Shown here piece after piece: positions 1-9,904 of a stretch of 64,000 nt of DNA (position 1 is its first letter; the number at the start of each line of letters is the position of its first letter). This DNA comes from a virus. The stretch is from the IMG/VR virus record IMGVR_UViG_3300017593_000402, positions 73,044-137,043 of that record. One strand, written 5' to 3'. Both the position numbers and the translations under genes were made by a program. The notes beneath the pieces are model-generated. The model saw only the letters and a list, made by a program, of their open reading frames with translations, was not told the DNA's origin and did no database searches.

Positions 1-1
1 A

Positions 2-1777
2 CAATCTCCATCTCCTATCCACCCACAATGTGAGTTGAAAAGGTTCGTTCAGCCCTTGACTTCACTTGGGAAGAAAGTTGGAGATGACGCTAATTTGATG
101 CAAGTCCTTTACTACATTCTAACGAATCGATGGTATTTGAACATCCCGGAAAGTTTGGTCGATAAAGATTCGTTTATAGAGGCAGGTAATGTTCTTGCGT
201 CGGAGGGAATTGGAGGTTCATATGTAGTTTCAACTTCAGCCGACCTAGGACAGGTAATAAGAGAGATCTTAGATTGGTGCGGGGCCAAGCTTTATTGGTA
301 TCAAAACAAAATTTGCGTTAAGGTAATTAGAAATACAGGGGCTGCAACGTTGACTTTAACTGATGATGACATTGACAACTTGTCACTCGAGGGGAATCTT
401 TGGACCGCAGTTCATTGTGCAGCTTCGCTGGAGTGGATTGATCCTCACAATGATTATGAGACGAACTGGATTTATCAGGTTGACCACGGTACCGAAGCAG
501 TTGCAGGTAATTTTAAACTAAACGAGTTTAGTTATAGGATTATTGCTTCTGATACTATTGCAAAGAAAGTGCTTGATCGTAAGATGACTGAGGTTACGTT
601 CCCCCGTATTAAAGCTACTTTCACGACTACTGTGTCTATCGAACCTTACCAAATCATTGAGATTGATTCTGACCAGTTTGGAGTAACGGGTACATTTAGG
701 GTTACATCAATTGTTCGAAAGGGAGTGGGCGTTTACGAGCTTGAGGCTATAGAACTTGTTGAAGCAGAACCTGTTGACATGTCAGACGTTCCTTCTGTTG
801 GTCCAGGAGTAGTTACGCAGGACTTCGAGAGTAGTTGGATTTCCTGGGGTTATCTCGAAAACCCAATTGGAGGTGTTTACTTCTGGTGTAAACCTGATTT
901 AAGCAATCCTTACTTAAAAGGTTTCTCGATAACCTTGAGTTACGACTCTTTAGAGCTTTCTACGGCAGAGATTTTGGTTAACTACTTAGGGACGCTAACT
1001 CACGATGTTCCTGTTACTCATAAGACTTCTAGGACTTATCAGATCGATGTTACTAGTGACGTCGCTTTTTCACTACTTGGATCTAGTGATGCTGGTTGGT
1101 TCGCTGGTTCTTTGTTATTACTGATCAATAACGAGATAATTTCTGTTAGAGATGTAAGTGTAGATGAGAGTGGATACCATTTTGTAGGAGTAATCAGGGG
1201 ATTCTTCAAGACAATCATCTCTTCACATGCTGCTGGAACTGACGTGTTCTATCTGAATTACAACTCTCCCGTTACTACGGATAGAAATACGTTTGCGCCT
1301 CTTGCTAACCAAACCCTCGATATTGACATGACCCCTCGACATCACTTCCTTGGAGCGGAAATCGACGATACAGAACACGCGGAGACAGACTCCTTTACGT
1401 ACAAGGGTAATCCTTTTAGGCCATTGCCAATCTGTAATCTCCAGGTTAATGAGCAAGGTAATAATCACCGCGTTTCTTCGGGCGATGACGTCAGCATTAG
1501 TTGGAGGAACCAATCTAGAGATGGGGCGGGGTTTCATTTCCCAAGTCAGCAAAAGCCACAGGATCCTACTCCTGATTATGACCAGATCCGGTTAGAGATT
1601 TATGATGGTACCACGCAGGTGAGAGAAGAGATATTAGATGGCACAACTACGTCGTATGACTACACGTCCGCGCTGCAATCTTCAGACGGCGTGCTTAACA
1701 AGAACTTCACGATTAAAATTACGCCAAGGAACAACGTATGTGAGGCGGACACTGTTGAACTAACAGTACTACGCTGA
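2..1777 (+). CDS. Phage tail/host-specificity protein, probably 5'-truncated by the window edge
   Basis: Frame is open from position 2 (ORF track starts at TTG 35). Contains tail-tip-like segments (INNEII...GVIRG...HAAGT) and precedes fibre and lysis genes. Confidence 0.6.
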   Translation, partial: QSPSPIHPQCELKRFVQPLTSLGKKVGDDANLMQVLYYILTNRWYLNIPESLVDKDSFIEAGNVLASEGIGGSYVVSTSADLGQVIREILDWCGAKLYWYQNKICVKVIRNTGAATLTLTDDDIDNLSLEGNLWTAVHCAASLEWIDPHNDYETNWIYQVDHGTEAVAGNFKLNEFSYRIIASDTIAKKVLDRKMTEVTFPRIKATFTTTVSIEPYQIIEIDSDQFGVTGTFRVTSIVRKGVGVYELEAIELVEAEPVDMSDVPSVGPGVVTQDFESSWISWGYLENPIGGVYFWCKPDLSNPYLKGFSITLSYDSLELSTAEILVNYLGTLTHDVPVTHKTSRTYQIDVTSDVAFSLLGSSDAGWFAGSLLLLINNEIISVRDVSVDESGYHFVGVIRGFFKTIISSHAAGTDVFYLNYNSPVTTDRNTFAPLANQTLDIDMTPRHHFLGAEIDDTEHAETDSFTYKGNPFRPLPICNLQVNEQGNNHRVSSGDDVSISWRNQSRDGAGFHFPSQQKPQDPTPDYDQIRLEIYDGTTQVREEILDGTTTSYDYTSALQSSDGVLNKNFTIKITPRNNVCEADTVELTVLR

Positions 1778-1789
1778 GGAGGTTAGTAG

Positions 1790-2638
1790 ATGGGATTCTT
1801 AGAGCCTTACGAGTTTGAGGAGATGGGGAATGTAATTGGATGGGATGCTATTTGCACAGGAAACACTCAAAAAGTAAGAGATGCAATCGGTGCTCCTTGT
1901 TATTCGGTTACAGCTGGAGAAAACCTCTCTAAAGGACAAGCTGTTTATATCGCAAGTGATCAAAGGGCTTATAGAGCTAGCAATACTTCTGACAGTACCA
2001 TGCCTTGTGTAGGGTTTGTCTATAAGGATGCATCTGCAGGTAACGATGTGTGGATACAGTTTGACGGGCGTGCCGCGCTGTTTTCAGGTCTTACAGTTGG
2101 GTCTAAGTATTTCGTAGGTACAAATGGAGGGATTACTTCTACACGGCCTACTGGGTCGAATATAGTTCAATGTGTTGGGATTGCTGTTTCTTCAACCACA
2201 CTCCTGCTCGTATCTTTGGGGTGCGACTTTGCTAGCACTAGGACGGCAGAAGTAGGAGGTTTACATATAGTAGGGGCAAGTGACAGCTTTGGAACCGCTC
2301 AGGTGATTGATGTTGATGCTTCCCAGAGCGACCCATCTGCTATTACGTCTACTGCAGTTACCTATGCCGATGCTGCGGCTGTTACTTTAGGAGACGCAGA
2401 CTTAACGTATGACGCGAATGAGAGAGACTTGATTAACGATCTGAAATCCAAATATAACGATCTTGTACCTCTGGTAAACGAGATAAAGAGTGACTATAAT
2501 GCGTTAAGAGCTGATGTTACTTCTATCCACTCTGTCTTGATAGGGACTATTGATTACTGTGATGCTTTAAAAGCGAAAATTAACGAATTACTAGGAGAGC
2601 TCCGTAAGACCGGTGGTTGCGGAGTTTTGAATGATTAG
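1790..2638 (+). CDS. Putative tail fibre/virion structural protein
   Basis: GGAGG RBS; AGENLSKGQAVY...GLTVGSKYFV beta motif followed by a C-terminal coiled coil. Confidence 0.5.
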   Translation: MGFLEPYEFEEMGNVIGWDAICTGNTQKVRDAIGAPCYSVTAGENLSKGQAVYIASDQRAYRASNTSDSTMPCVGFVYKDASAGNDVWIQFDGRAALFSGLTVGSKYFVGTNGGITSTRPTGSNIVQCVGIAVSSTTLLLVSLGCDFASTRTAEVGGLHIVGASDSFGTAQVIDVDASQSDPSAITSTAVTYADAAAVTLGDADLTYDANERDLINDLKSKYNDLVPLVNEIKSDYNALRADVTSIHSVLIGTIDYCDALKAKINELLGELRKTGGCGVLND

Positions 2639-2650
2639 AGGAGGTAGCTT

Positions 2651-3064
2651 ATGATAGAGTATCCTGTTGTTGAAATTGTAAGGCTAGAGGAGAATGAATC
2701 TTACGGCACCTTTGGAGTGCTTCGTATTCAGAAGCAAGTCTTTTGTGTGACTCTCGAACCTGCGGACCGATTCAATATGCCCGGAGTTTCATGTATTCCC
2801 GCACAGCAGTACATATGTAGAAGGCACGTTTCTAGCCGGTTTGGGGAGACTTTCATAGTTACAAATGTACCGGGCCGTGTTGGTATTCTATTCCATCCGG
2901 GCAATGAAGTTGAAGATACTGCTGGGTGCATTCTTTTGGCGGAACATTATGGGAAGTTACACGGTGATAGAGCTGTGCTGAATTCGGGTAAGACGTTCAA
3001 GAGGTTTATGGAGGTTATGAAGGACTTTGATAAGTTTCATTTGACAATTCTGGAATGTTATTAA
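2651..3064 (+). CDS. DUF5675-like protein (putative endolysin) of the left-hand segment
   Basis: TFGVL..FCVTLEP..CIPAQQY..GILFHPGN..DTAGCIL motif; GGAGG RBS. Confidence 0.7.
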   Translation: MIEYPVVEIVRLEENESYGTFGVLRIQKQVFCVTLEPADRFNMPGVSCIPAQQYICRRHVSSRFGETFIVTNVPGRVGILFHPGNEVEDTAGCILLAEHYGKLHGDRAVLNSGKTFKRFMEVMKDFDKFHLTILECY

Positions 3065-3078
3065 AGGGGGTTAAATTG

Positions 3079-3519
3079 GTGAAAAGAGTTTTAATAGGAG
3101 TATTATTGTTGTTTTTAATGAACAGTTCTCTTTGCCTGGCGAAGAATCGGATTACTTGGCTTAGTTTGCTAAACAACAAGCATTTCTCTGCTGGTGAAGT
3201 TGTTTCCACTCGAGTCCTCGATCTTGATAAACTACGCGCTACAGGGTACTTTTCGTTACAAGTGACGATTACTGGAGGAGGTGTTTACACTATTAAGGAG
3301 AAGTGCAGTCTCGATGAACAGTTTTTCAGAACCCCCGAAGGAGTCCCAGATATTGCGACTGAGCTTACTTCTACTTCTGGTCCGGAGAGCGACGGCCATT
3401 TGTTTATACCAGTTGATTTGGGTGCAATGACGAAGTATTTGCAGTTTGAGGTGGTTGAAACTTCTGGGACTTCCGGAGGTACTGTAACAATTCTATTGGG
3501 GATAACTGTGGATCGATAA
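3079..3519 (+). CDS. Hypothetical protein with signal-peptide-like N terminus
   Basis: GTG start after GGGGG; hydrophobic N terminus (ORF track start is 3055). Confidence 0.55.
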   Translation: MKRVLIGVLLLFLMNSSLCLAKNRITWLSLLNNKHFSAGEVVSTRVLDLDKLRATGYFSLQVTITGGGVYTIKEKCSLDEQFFRTPEGVPDIATELTSTSGPESDGHLFIPVDLGAMTKYLQFEVVETSGTSGGTVTILLGITVDR

Positions 3520-3996
3520 GTGATGGTCAGGAAAGTCCTTTCAATTAGTATATTGCTCTTGGCGATTTTTACAACAAGTGTTTGTGCTCAATGGGTGCGT
3601 AAACGTCAATTCGTCTCAGACTCTACAATTACTGTCGCGTGGAACGCTCCTATAGTGCTGTCTACAGGTGACCCGATTCCAACTGATGCTGTTTTAAAGT
3701 ACCGGGTTTACATTCGAAGAGTTGGGTCTCCTCCGCGAGAGATTACTTCTGCTCCTATTACAGAGACTCAATTTACGTTCGCTCCTCCTAAAGTTGACTT
3801 TTGTTTTATTGGTGTACGTGCAGTACTTTACGATTCTAACGGAGTTCAAATTAGTGAATCACCTATCGCGTGGTCGTACGACCTTAGAGTAGCAGCTAAT
3901 GGTCGTACGTTCGGGATGCGTAACTATTCCTCGAAGTTGATAACTATATTGGGGCGAAGACCTCGATGGGGCCAGCTTTGGCATCATCGATGGTAA
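3520..3996 (+). CDS. Hypothetical protein, signal-like N terminus plus Fn3-like domain
   Basis: ITVAWNAP...YRVY...FIGVRA..SES pattern resembles fibronectin type III. Confidence 0.5.
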   Translation: MMVRKVLSISILLLAIFTTSVCAQWVRKRQFVSDSTITVAWNAPIVLSTGDPIPTDAVLKYRVYIRRVGSPPREITSAPITETQFTFAPPKVDFCFIGVRAVLYDSNGVQISESPIAWSYDLRVAANGRTFGMRNYSSKLITILGRRPRWGQLWHHRW

Positions 3997-4032
3997 AAAG
4001 CACACTAAATTCTAAAACAGGAGGTAGTTAAG

Positions 4033-4248
4033 ATGGAGATTAAACCAGGATACAAAACTACTGAGTTTTGGGTAACTGTAACAGCGAAAGCAATTGCCCT
4101 GCTTGCGGCTCTAGGTGTGTTTACACCTGAGCAAGCTTCTGTGGTAACTCAAGCGATTACTCAACTAGCCGGAGTAGTGGGAGTTGTAGCAGCTGCATTT
4201 GGCTACTCTCTGGCAAGAGGTTCTGCTAAGAAAGGGAGTCAACAATAG
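4033..4248 (+). CDS. Small two-TM holin-like protein
   Basis: KPGYKTTEFW N terminus, two hydrophobic helices, basic tail, GGAGG RBS. Confidence 0.6.
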   Translation: MEIKPGYKTTEFWVTVTAKAIALLAALGVFTPEQASVVTQAITQLAGVVGVVAAAFGYSLARGSAKKGSQQ

Positions 4249-4504
4249 AATACTAACTCGCATTAGGGGGTAGAAGAGTGTTTACGAGGCTGGTGATCGC
4301 TTTAATCTTGTGCTTTTTTCGTGTTTGTTAGTCACGCTCTGGGAGTAGCACGTACTAGCGCCACTCCCAGACCCGGTCCAGTAAGACCTACAGCACTTAG
4401 GGTACTTCATTAGGTGAGTCAGACCGCTTTGAATCATCGGCAGAGCTTTACACGAGGGTACAACTGTATTACAGCTATTATCTTCAATTGGGAGGTCCGA
4501 AAAA

Positions 4505-5047
4505 ATGGCCGAACTATTAGTCAAGTCTAGTGATACGACAAACCCCGATCCAATAAAAGATTTACGCGGATGCTACAAAAAGGGTGACGTTGTAGTTGTG
4601 AAGCCAGATGGATGGAAATGGGGGAAAGAAGAGTTGAACAAGAATAAGTTCTACATTCTGTGTGTGCCTGACAAAGAAGTCGATGAATTAAAGTTTTTGA
4701 CAAAGGAAGATGAAATTGTGCTGGGAAATCGGTACATTGCTGAGTCTCCTGAATTAGGAGTAATGGCAGAAGGTCCTGATGCAGAGACAGCATCTAAGAC
4801 TTGCCAAACCCTAGCTGATGCTGTTCTGAAGAGATTACAAGACCACGATTTATCTCCTAGTTACCAAATCGTAACAAGAATAGAACCTATCAGACACGTT
4901 GTGGCCAGGCGCAGACATAGGATCAACATTGAAGATATTGAGGACATCCTACAAAGTGAGGTAGTTGCTGAAGTAACCAGTGACAAAATCAGCGTAACAG
5001 ACAAACCTCAGAAAATATCAGCAACCTTAGCGAAGCTGGCTAAGTAA
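4505..5047 (+). CDS. Hypothetical phage protein (copy A; diverged copy B at 62753-63295)
   Basis: 180-aa ORF with RBS; many differences between copies are synonymous, which supports coding function. Confidence 0.85.
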   Translation: MAELLVKSSDTTNPDPIKDLRGCYKKGDVVVVKPDGWKWGKEELNKNKFYILCVPDKEVDELKFLTKEDEIVLGNRYIAESPELGVMAEGPDAETASKTCQTLADAVLKRLQDHDLSPSYQIVTRIEPIRHVVARRRHRINIEDIEDILQSEVVAEVTSDKISVTDKPQKISATLAKLAK

Positions 5048-5749
5048 AATGGCAACTGAAGTTGTAAAGATAGTCGATACAGGAGGAAGTGGAGATTACT
5101 CATCTCTAGCTGCTTGGGAAGCAGACTTCGGGAGCTGTACCCAGTCGAACTACCCTTCTATGTCTGGAGACGGTGACCTTGTGGGAGCGGACTTGATCGC
5201 TGTTGCTGATTGTAGGTGTTCAACTGGGGATGAGGATGATAGTGCAGTTACTATTGATGGATGGACTTCTGTAGACTCGGATCACTACATTAGGATTTGG
5301 ACCGATCCAGATCAGGGGTACAGACACCCAGGGAAATGGGATGACACAAAGTACAGGCTTGTGCTCTCCGAAGGAACTATTTTTGACATACAAGAAGAGT
5401 ATGTGAGACTTATTGGCTTACAGATGAAAGGAACGAGATCGACAGGGTCTCAGTTGTTGATACATACATATTACACAAGCCGTTATCTGCGGGTCGAAAA
5501 ATGTATCCTCTGTAGAGAGAATGCTGGTGGAACAGTAAATACTGGAATTGGTTGTGATAATTCTGCTGTACAAATTTATTTGGTCAATAATCTTTTTTAT
5601 GACATACCTCAATATGCCATTCGTGGAAACGACTATTACTACTTATACAACAATACTATTATCAACTGTGGTACTGGTGTAGATGGTGGATCATCAGGGT
5701 ATTGCAGAGCTATCAACAACATTGTTGACTGTACTACTTGTTTTGTTGG
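4505..5749 (+). repeat. Long direct repeat, copy A (copy B = 62753-64000); diverged to 5327, identical from 5328
   Basis: Direct comparison: last mismatch at 5327/63578, then 422 identical bp to the window end. Confidence 0.95.
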
Positions 5750-7142
5750 GACTTTTGATTCATCTTCTGATTACAACGTATCTTCAGATAATACAGCTCC
5801 AGGGCCAAATTCAATCCACAACGCTACAGTTACTTTTGTAGATGCAGCTAATGATGACTTCCATCTAGATGCTTCTGATACAGTAGCACGAGACGCAGGT
5901 ACTGACCTTTCATCCGATCCATATTTAGCTTTCACTGACGACATAGACGGCGAGACCCGCTCTGCACCTTGGGACATTGGAGCAGATGAGTATGTGAGTG
6001 GAGGAGGTGAGATCGTTGTAATATCTGATAATGGCTCTGGTTCTGATTCTTTGCTCCAGATAACAACGTTACTTTCTATAAATGATACTGGAACGGGTTT
6101 AGATTCTACTCCCAACCTCCAAGCTTCTTTGGACCTTTCTGAGCAAGGGTCAGGGGCTGATTTTTTATCCCAGCTTTCAGCTTTGTTAAATATAAATGAT
6201 TCTGGTTTTGGGGAAGATAATTTACCTTCTATACCTGTTTCAGCTTTTGTATCAGATACTGGCACTGCTTCTGATTCTATTTCTTCTTTGACCGTTACTT
6301 TTTCAATTTCCGATGCAGGAGTAGGCTCAGATAGCCTTTCAGTATTAAAGGAACTTCTTAAAACCATTTCTGATTCAGGCATCGCTTCTGATCTAATAGC
6401 TTCTGTTACTGTAAATGTGTCTGTTCCTGATTTTACGTTAGGCCAAGACAATATAAGCGGTATATCAGCAACTTTGACATTGTCAGACACAGCGTCTGGG
6501 TTAGACGCAATAATAGTTTTAAAAGAGCTTTTAAAACAAGTTATTGATAGTGGATTGGGAGCGGACAGTGTTTCTTATTTAAACGTATCTTTTGGTCTAT
6601 CTGATACTGGCAAAGGCAACGATATTTTATCTTCTATTTCTGCTAGGATTCCTATATCAGACTTTGGTTTCGCTGTAGATGTAATTTCTGTTTTAACAGA
6701 AATAATCAAAAGTATATCCGAATCAGGGCAAGGCACAGACTCGCTTTCTTCTATTTCCGCAAATTTAGGTGTGACAGATGGTGCAATTGGGACCGATTCT
6801 GTTGGAATAAATGTATTTTTAACTGTTTCTGATGTTGCAACTTCAGCGGAAATTTTAACGATAGCCAAAACTGCTCTAAAAGTAATAACTGATGGTGGAG
6901 TAGGATTAGACATATTAAGTAGTGTTGTAGTTAATGTTCCAGTTAAGGATTATGGGCAAGGACTTGATCTTATTACGCAAATAATTACAATATTATCTAT
7001 AATTGACTTAGGAGTTGCTACTGATGTAATTTTAAGATATGATACTGCTGTTAAGTTAGTTAGTATCTCTTTTAGGCTTAAGAAATCAAATATTGAGTTT
7101 GGGCTTAGAACTAATGAAATTGAGTTTAAACTTTACACTTAG
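5049..7142 (+). CDS. Virion-associated protein: beta-helix-like N domain plus ~21-aa SDxGxGxD repeats
   Basis: NNTIINCGTG...DFHL...DIGADE segment, then many (I/V/L)SDxGxGxD repeats. Confidence 0.65.
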   Translation: MATEVVKIVDTGGSGDYSSLAAWEADFGSCTQSNYPSMSGDGDLVGADLIAVADCRCSTGDEDDSAVTIDGWTSVDSDHYIRIWTDPDQGYRHPGKWDDTKYRLVLSEGTIFDIQEEYVRLIGLQMKGTRSTGSQLLIHTYYTSRYLRVEKCILCRENAGGTVNTGIGCDNSAVQIYLVNNLFYDIPQYAIRGNDYYYLYNNTIINCGTGVDGGSSGYCRAINNIVDCTTCFVGTFDSSSDYNVSSDNTAPGPNSIHNATVTFVDAANDDFHLDASDTVARDAGTDLSSDPYLAFTDDIDGETRSAPWDIGADEYVSGGGEIVVISDNGSGSDSLLQITTLLSINDTGTGLDSTPNLQASLDLSEQGSGADFLSQLSALLNINDSGFGEDNLPSIPVSAFVSDTGTASDSISSLTVTFSISDAGVGSDSLSVLKELLKTISDSGIASDLIASVTVNVSVPDFTLGQDNISGISATLTLSDTASGLDAIIVLKELLKQVIDSGLGADSVSYLNVSFGLSDTGKGNDILSSISARIPISDFGFAVDVISVLTEIIKSISESGQGTDSLSSISANLGVTDGAIGTDSVGINVFLTVSDVATSAEILTIAKTALKVITDGGVGLDILSSVVVNVPVKDYGQGLDLITQIITILSIIDLGVATDVILRYDTAVKLVSISFRLKKSNIEFGLRTNEIEFKLYT

Positions 7143-7151
7143 GAGGCAATT

Positions 7152-7667
7152 ATGGTCGTAGAAAAAGGCGGACACAAAAGTAAGTGGATAATAACTCGTT
7201 ATCCTAATGAAGAGGCTTTTAAAAATAAAACCCCTAGTCCAGTAATAGATGCTGAAGGCCGAGAGTTACCCGCAGTTTCGGTTGTTGAGGGTAATATTTT
7301 ATTGAATGTAGGTATTGGCGAGATGTGGGATTTGATTTGCGGTCTAGGTTCTCCTACTGCTTATGATAATACTAATGCTGAGTTAGGAGTAGGAAACGGA
7401 ACAACTGCTGCTGATGCTTCTCAGACAGATTTGCAAGGAAGTAGCACTGCTTGGCAATCAATGGCAACAGGATACCCACAACGTTCTGGTCAAACAGTGA
7501 CTTTTAGGGCTGAGTTTGATGGAAGTACAGCTAATTTTAGTTGGCAAGAGTTCGCTGTGAGGAATGGTTCTACAGCTAACAAGTTGATGAATAGGAAAGT
7601 AGAAGATCAGGGAACAAAAGCTTCGGGCCAAGTGTGGACTCTTGAGCTTCAAATAACTTTGTCATAG
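7152..7667 (+). CDS. Putative virion structural protein
   Basis: GGAGG RBS; beta-rich; lies in the structural operon. Confidence 0.55.
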   Translation: MVVEKGGHKSKWIITRYPNEEAFKNKTPSPVIDAEGRELPAVSVVEGNILLNVGIGEMWDLICGLGSPTAYDNTNAELGVGNGTTAADASQTDLQGSSTAWQSMATGYPQRSGQTVTFRAEFDGSTANFSWQEFAVRNGSTANKLMNRKVEDQGTKASGQVWTLELQITLS

Positions 7668-7674
7668 AGGGTTT

Positions 7675-7992
7675 ATGAAAAATATAATAAACGAAAATAG
7701 CACAGCCTATTTATCTCTGACTTTCAAGAACAAAGAAGGGGAAGTAGAAAGCCCTCAGGCTGTGACTTATAGTATTCATTGTTTGACTAACGACATAGAA
7801 ATAAGAGGAGATACTTCGGTGTCTCCAGGGCCTTCAATTGAAATTGTTTTGTCTCCTACTGAGAATAGAATTATTGATCCTAATAATAAATATGAACGCC
7901 GTTTAGTTACTGTTACAGCTACTTATGGTCCTGATGAGAAAATAACTGGGCAGTATGAGTATAAGGTTTTGAATTTGAAATATATTTCGTAG
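7675..7992 (+). CDS. Hypothetical (Ig-like/structural) protein
   Basis: Operon-packed ORF with GAGG RBS. Confidence 0.6.
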   Translation: MKNIINENSTAYLSLTFKNKEGEVESPQAVTYSIHCLTNDIEIRGDTSVSPGPSIEIVLSPTENRIIDPNNKYERRLVTVTATYGPDEKITGQYEYKVLNLKYIS

Positions 7993-8026
7993 TATGTTAA
8001 TAACTTATTAGCTAATAGGAGGTTTT

Positions 8027-8956
8027 ATGCCAGTACCAATCGCAGTAAAAAAACAAGCAGATAAAGCAAGAGACCTTGAGAAAAAATTACTTGATAAAGA
8101 CAAGGATGATAATAAGGACGATAAGCCTCAGACAGGCGAACCTACTCAACCAGAACCTTCTTCTACAGGTTCTCAATCTTCTTCAGAACCTGCAACGCCT
8201 GCTGAACCTGAACCTAAACCAGAACCTTCTTCTGACGTATGGGAACAGAGATATAAGACTTTACAAGGTAAATACAATGCAGAAATTGGAAGATTACAGG
8301 ATGTGCTAAAGACAATGCAGGCCGAAAACGAATTTCTTAAAGGCAAATTGGCTACTCTAGAAGATATGGTTAAAACTCAATCTGTGTCTAATCCTCCTGC
8401 TCCTTCTCAGCAGGAAGACCCTTTGGCTGTTATTAAGGATACATTGCCTGAAGTATATGATGCTCTTATTAAGTATACGTCTCAATTTGTTAAGAAAGAT
8501 GAAATTCCTGATATAGAAAAAACGGTTGAAAATAAAGTTCAGCCACTTGTTCAAAGTACGTTTCAGGCTACATTAGCAAGTCTTGTACCCGATTGGGAGA
8601 CACTGAACACTGACCCTGATTTTATTGAGTGGCTTCAGCGTCCAGCCCCCTATTCGGACAAGACTTTGCATGAGTTAATGTTGGAATATTTTAATCAAGG
8701 TGATGCTCATAAAGTAGCTCAATTTTTCTTAGATTATAAGAAAGAAAAACAGGCTACTAGCCAGCCCTCGGCTAACGTTGCACCTCCGAGGAGACAGGCT
8801 GCCGTAACACAACCGCAGAGTCCCAGACTGATAAAGCGGGACGAGATAGTTCAGTTTTATAGGGATGCTGCGTTAGGCAGGTACTCTCCTGAACAAAAAA
8901 CTCAAATGGAGGCCGAGTTTATAAAGGCCATCCGAGAAAATCGTGTGATAGATTAG
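8027..8956 (+). CDS. Capsid scaffolding protein
   Basis: Acidic/Pro-rich N terminus, EQRYKTLQGKYNAE coiled coil, PDWETLNTDPDFIEWL; immediately upstream of the capsid gene. Confidence 0.75.
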   Translation: MPVPIAVKKQADKARDLEKKLLDKDKDDNKDDKPQTGEPTQPEPSSTGSQSSSEPATPAEPEPKPEPSSDVWEQRYKTLQGKYNAEIGRLQDVLKTMQAENEFLKGKLATLEDMVKTQSVSNPPAPSQQEDPLAVIKDTLPEVYDALIKYTSQFVKKDEIPDIEKTVENKVQPLVQSTFQATLASLVPDWETLNTDPDFIEWLQRPAPYSDKTLHELMLEYFNQGDAHKVAQFFLDYKKEKQATSQPSANVAPPRRQAAVTQPQSPRLIKRDEIVQFYRDAALGRYSPEQKTQMEAEFIKAIRENRVID

Positions 8957-8966
8957 GAGGTCAACT

Positions 8967-9887
8967 ATGCCAGTTGCAAAAGTGCCAGGTTATCCTGATT
9001 ATAATGCTACCAAGAATATTCCTGTAATTTTTGCAGGAAAAACCCTTGAGAAATTTTATGAAGCTAGCACTGTGGCTAACATTTCGTCTGTGGATTATGT
9101 AGGCGAAGTTAAAAACGTCGGGGATACAGTCTATATCAGGACTGTTCCTAATATTACTATTAAGGATTACAAAAAAGGCCAGAAACTTGATCTAGAATAT
9201 CCTGAAAGCCCTTATGTAGAATTTTCAATTAATAAGGCCAAGTACTATAACTTTGCTTTGGATGATATTGATATTAAGCAGTTCGATCTGAAAATGATGG
9301 GCAAATATGCGGACGATGCTGCGGAACAGCTTAAGATTACTCAGGATACTGAAGTCTTTGCTACTATTTATGCGGATGTGGACGATGCTAATCAGGGAAG
9401 TTCTGCAGGAGCTAAAACTGGAAAGTTCAATCTCGGAACGACTGGTTCCCCTGTTACGCTGACTAAGGATAATATTATTGATTACATAGTGGACTGCGGA
9501 ACTGTTCTTGATGAGCAGAATAGACCTTCTACTGATAGGTTTATAGTTATGCCTCCGCATATTGCTGGACTGATTAAAAAATCTGACCTTAAAGATGCTT
9601 CTCTGACTGGAGACGCTAAGTCTATTCTCCGAAGCGGATTGATAGGCTCCATTGACCGTTTTGACATTTATATTTCTAATTTGCTGCCTATTGTGAATGA
9701 TGGTGGGACAAATTGTACTTATATTTACTTTGGCCATAAATCTGCTTTGGTGTTTGTTACGCAGTTAACCAGAGAAGAAATGTATAGGCCCCAGGACACA
9801 TTTGCCGAAGCTATGAAAGGTTTGGTGGTGTATGATTTTGCTGTTATTCAGCCTGGAAGTCTCGGCGTATTGTATGTTGAAGTTTAA
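8967..9887 (+). CDS. Major capsid protein
   Basis: GDTVYIRTVP, VLDEQNRPSTDRFIVMPP, GSIDRFDIYISNLLP motifs typical of HK97-fold podovirus capsids. Confidence 0.85.
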   Translation: MPVAKVPGYPDYNATKNIPVIFAGKTLEKFYEASTVANISSVDYVGEVKNVGDTVYIRTVPNITIKDYKKGQKLDLEYPESPYVEFSINKAKYYNFALDDIDIKQFDLKMMGKYADDAAEQLKITQDTEVFATIYADVDDANQGSSAGAKTGKFNLGTTGSPVTLTKDNIIDYIVDCGTVLDEQNRPSTDRFIVMPPHIAGLIKKSDLKDASLTGDAKSILRSGLIGSIDRFDIYISNLLPIVNDGGTNCTYIYFGHKSALVFVTQLTREEMYRPQDTFAEAMKGLVVYDFAVIQPGSLGVLYVEV

Positions 9888-9904
9888 TTTAGGAGGTAAG
9901 ACAA

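Noticed and set aside
4505-5327. Diverged duplicate as a DGR template/variable repeat pair
   Set aside because: Differences are mostly synonymous and not adenine-specific, both copies are coding, and no reverse transcriptase is present.
5771-6913. Long antisense ORFs (5771-6490, 6575-6913) and similar shadow ORFs elsewhere
   Set aside because: They mirror repetitive or biased sense genes and lack RBSs or recognisable motifs.
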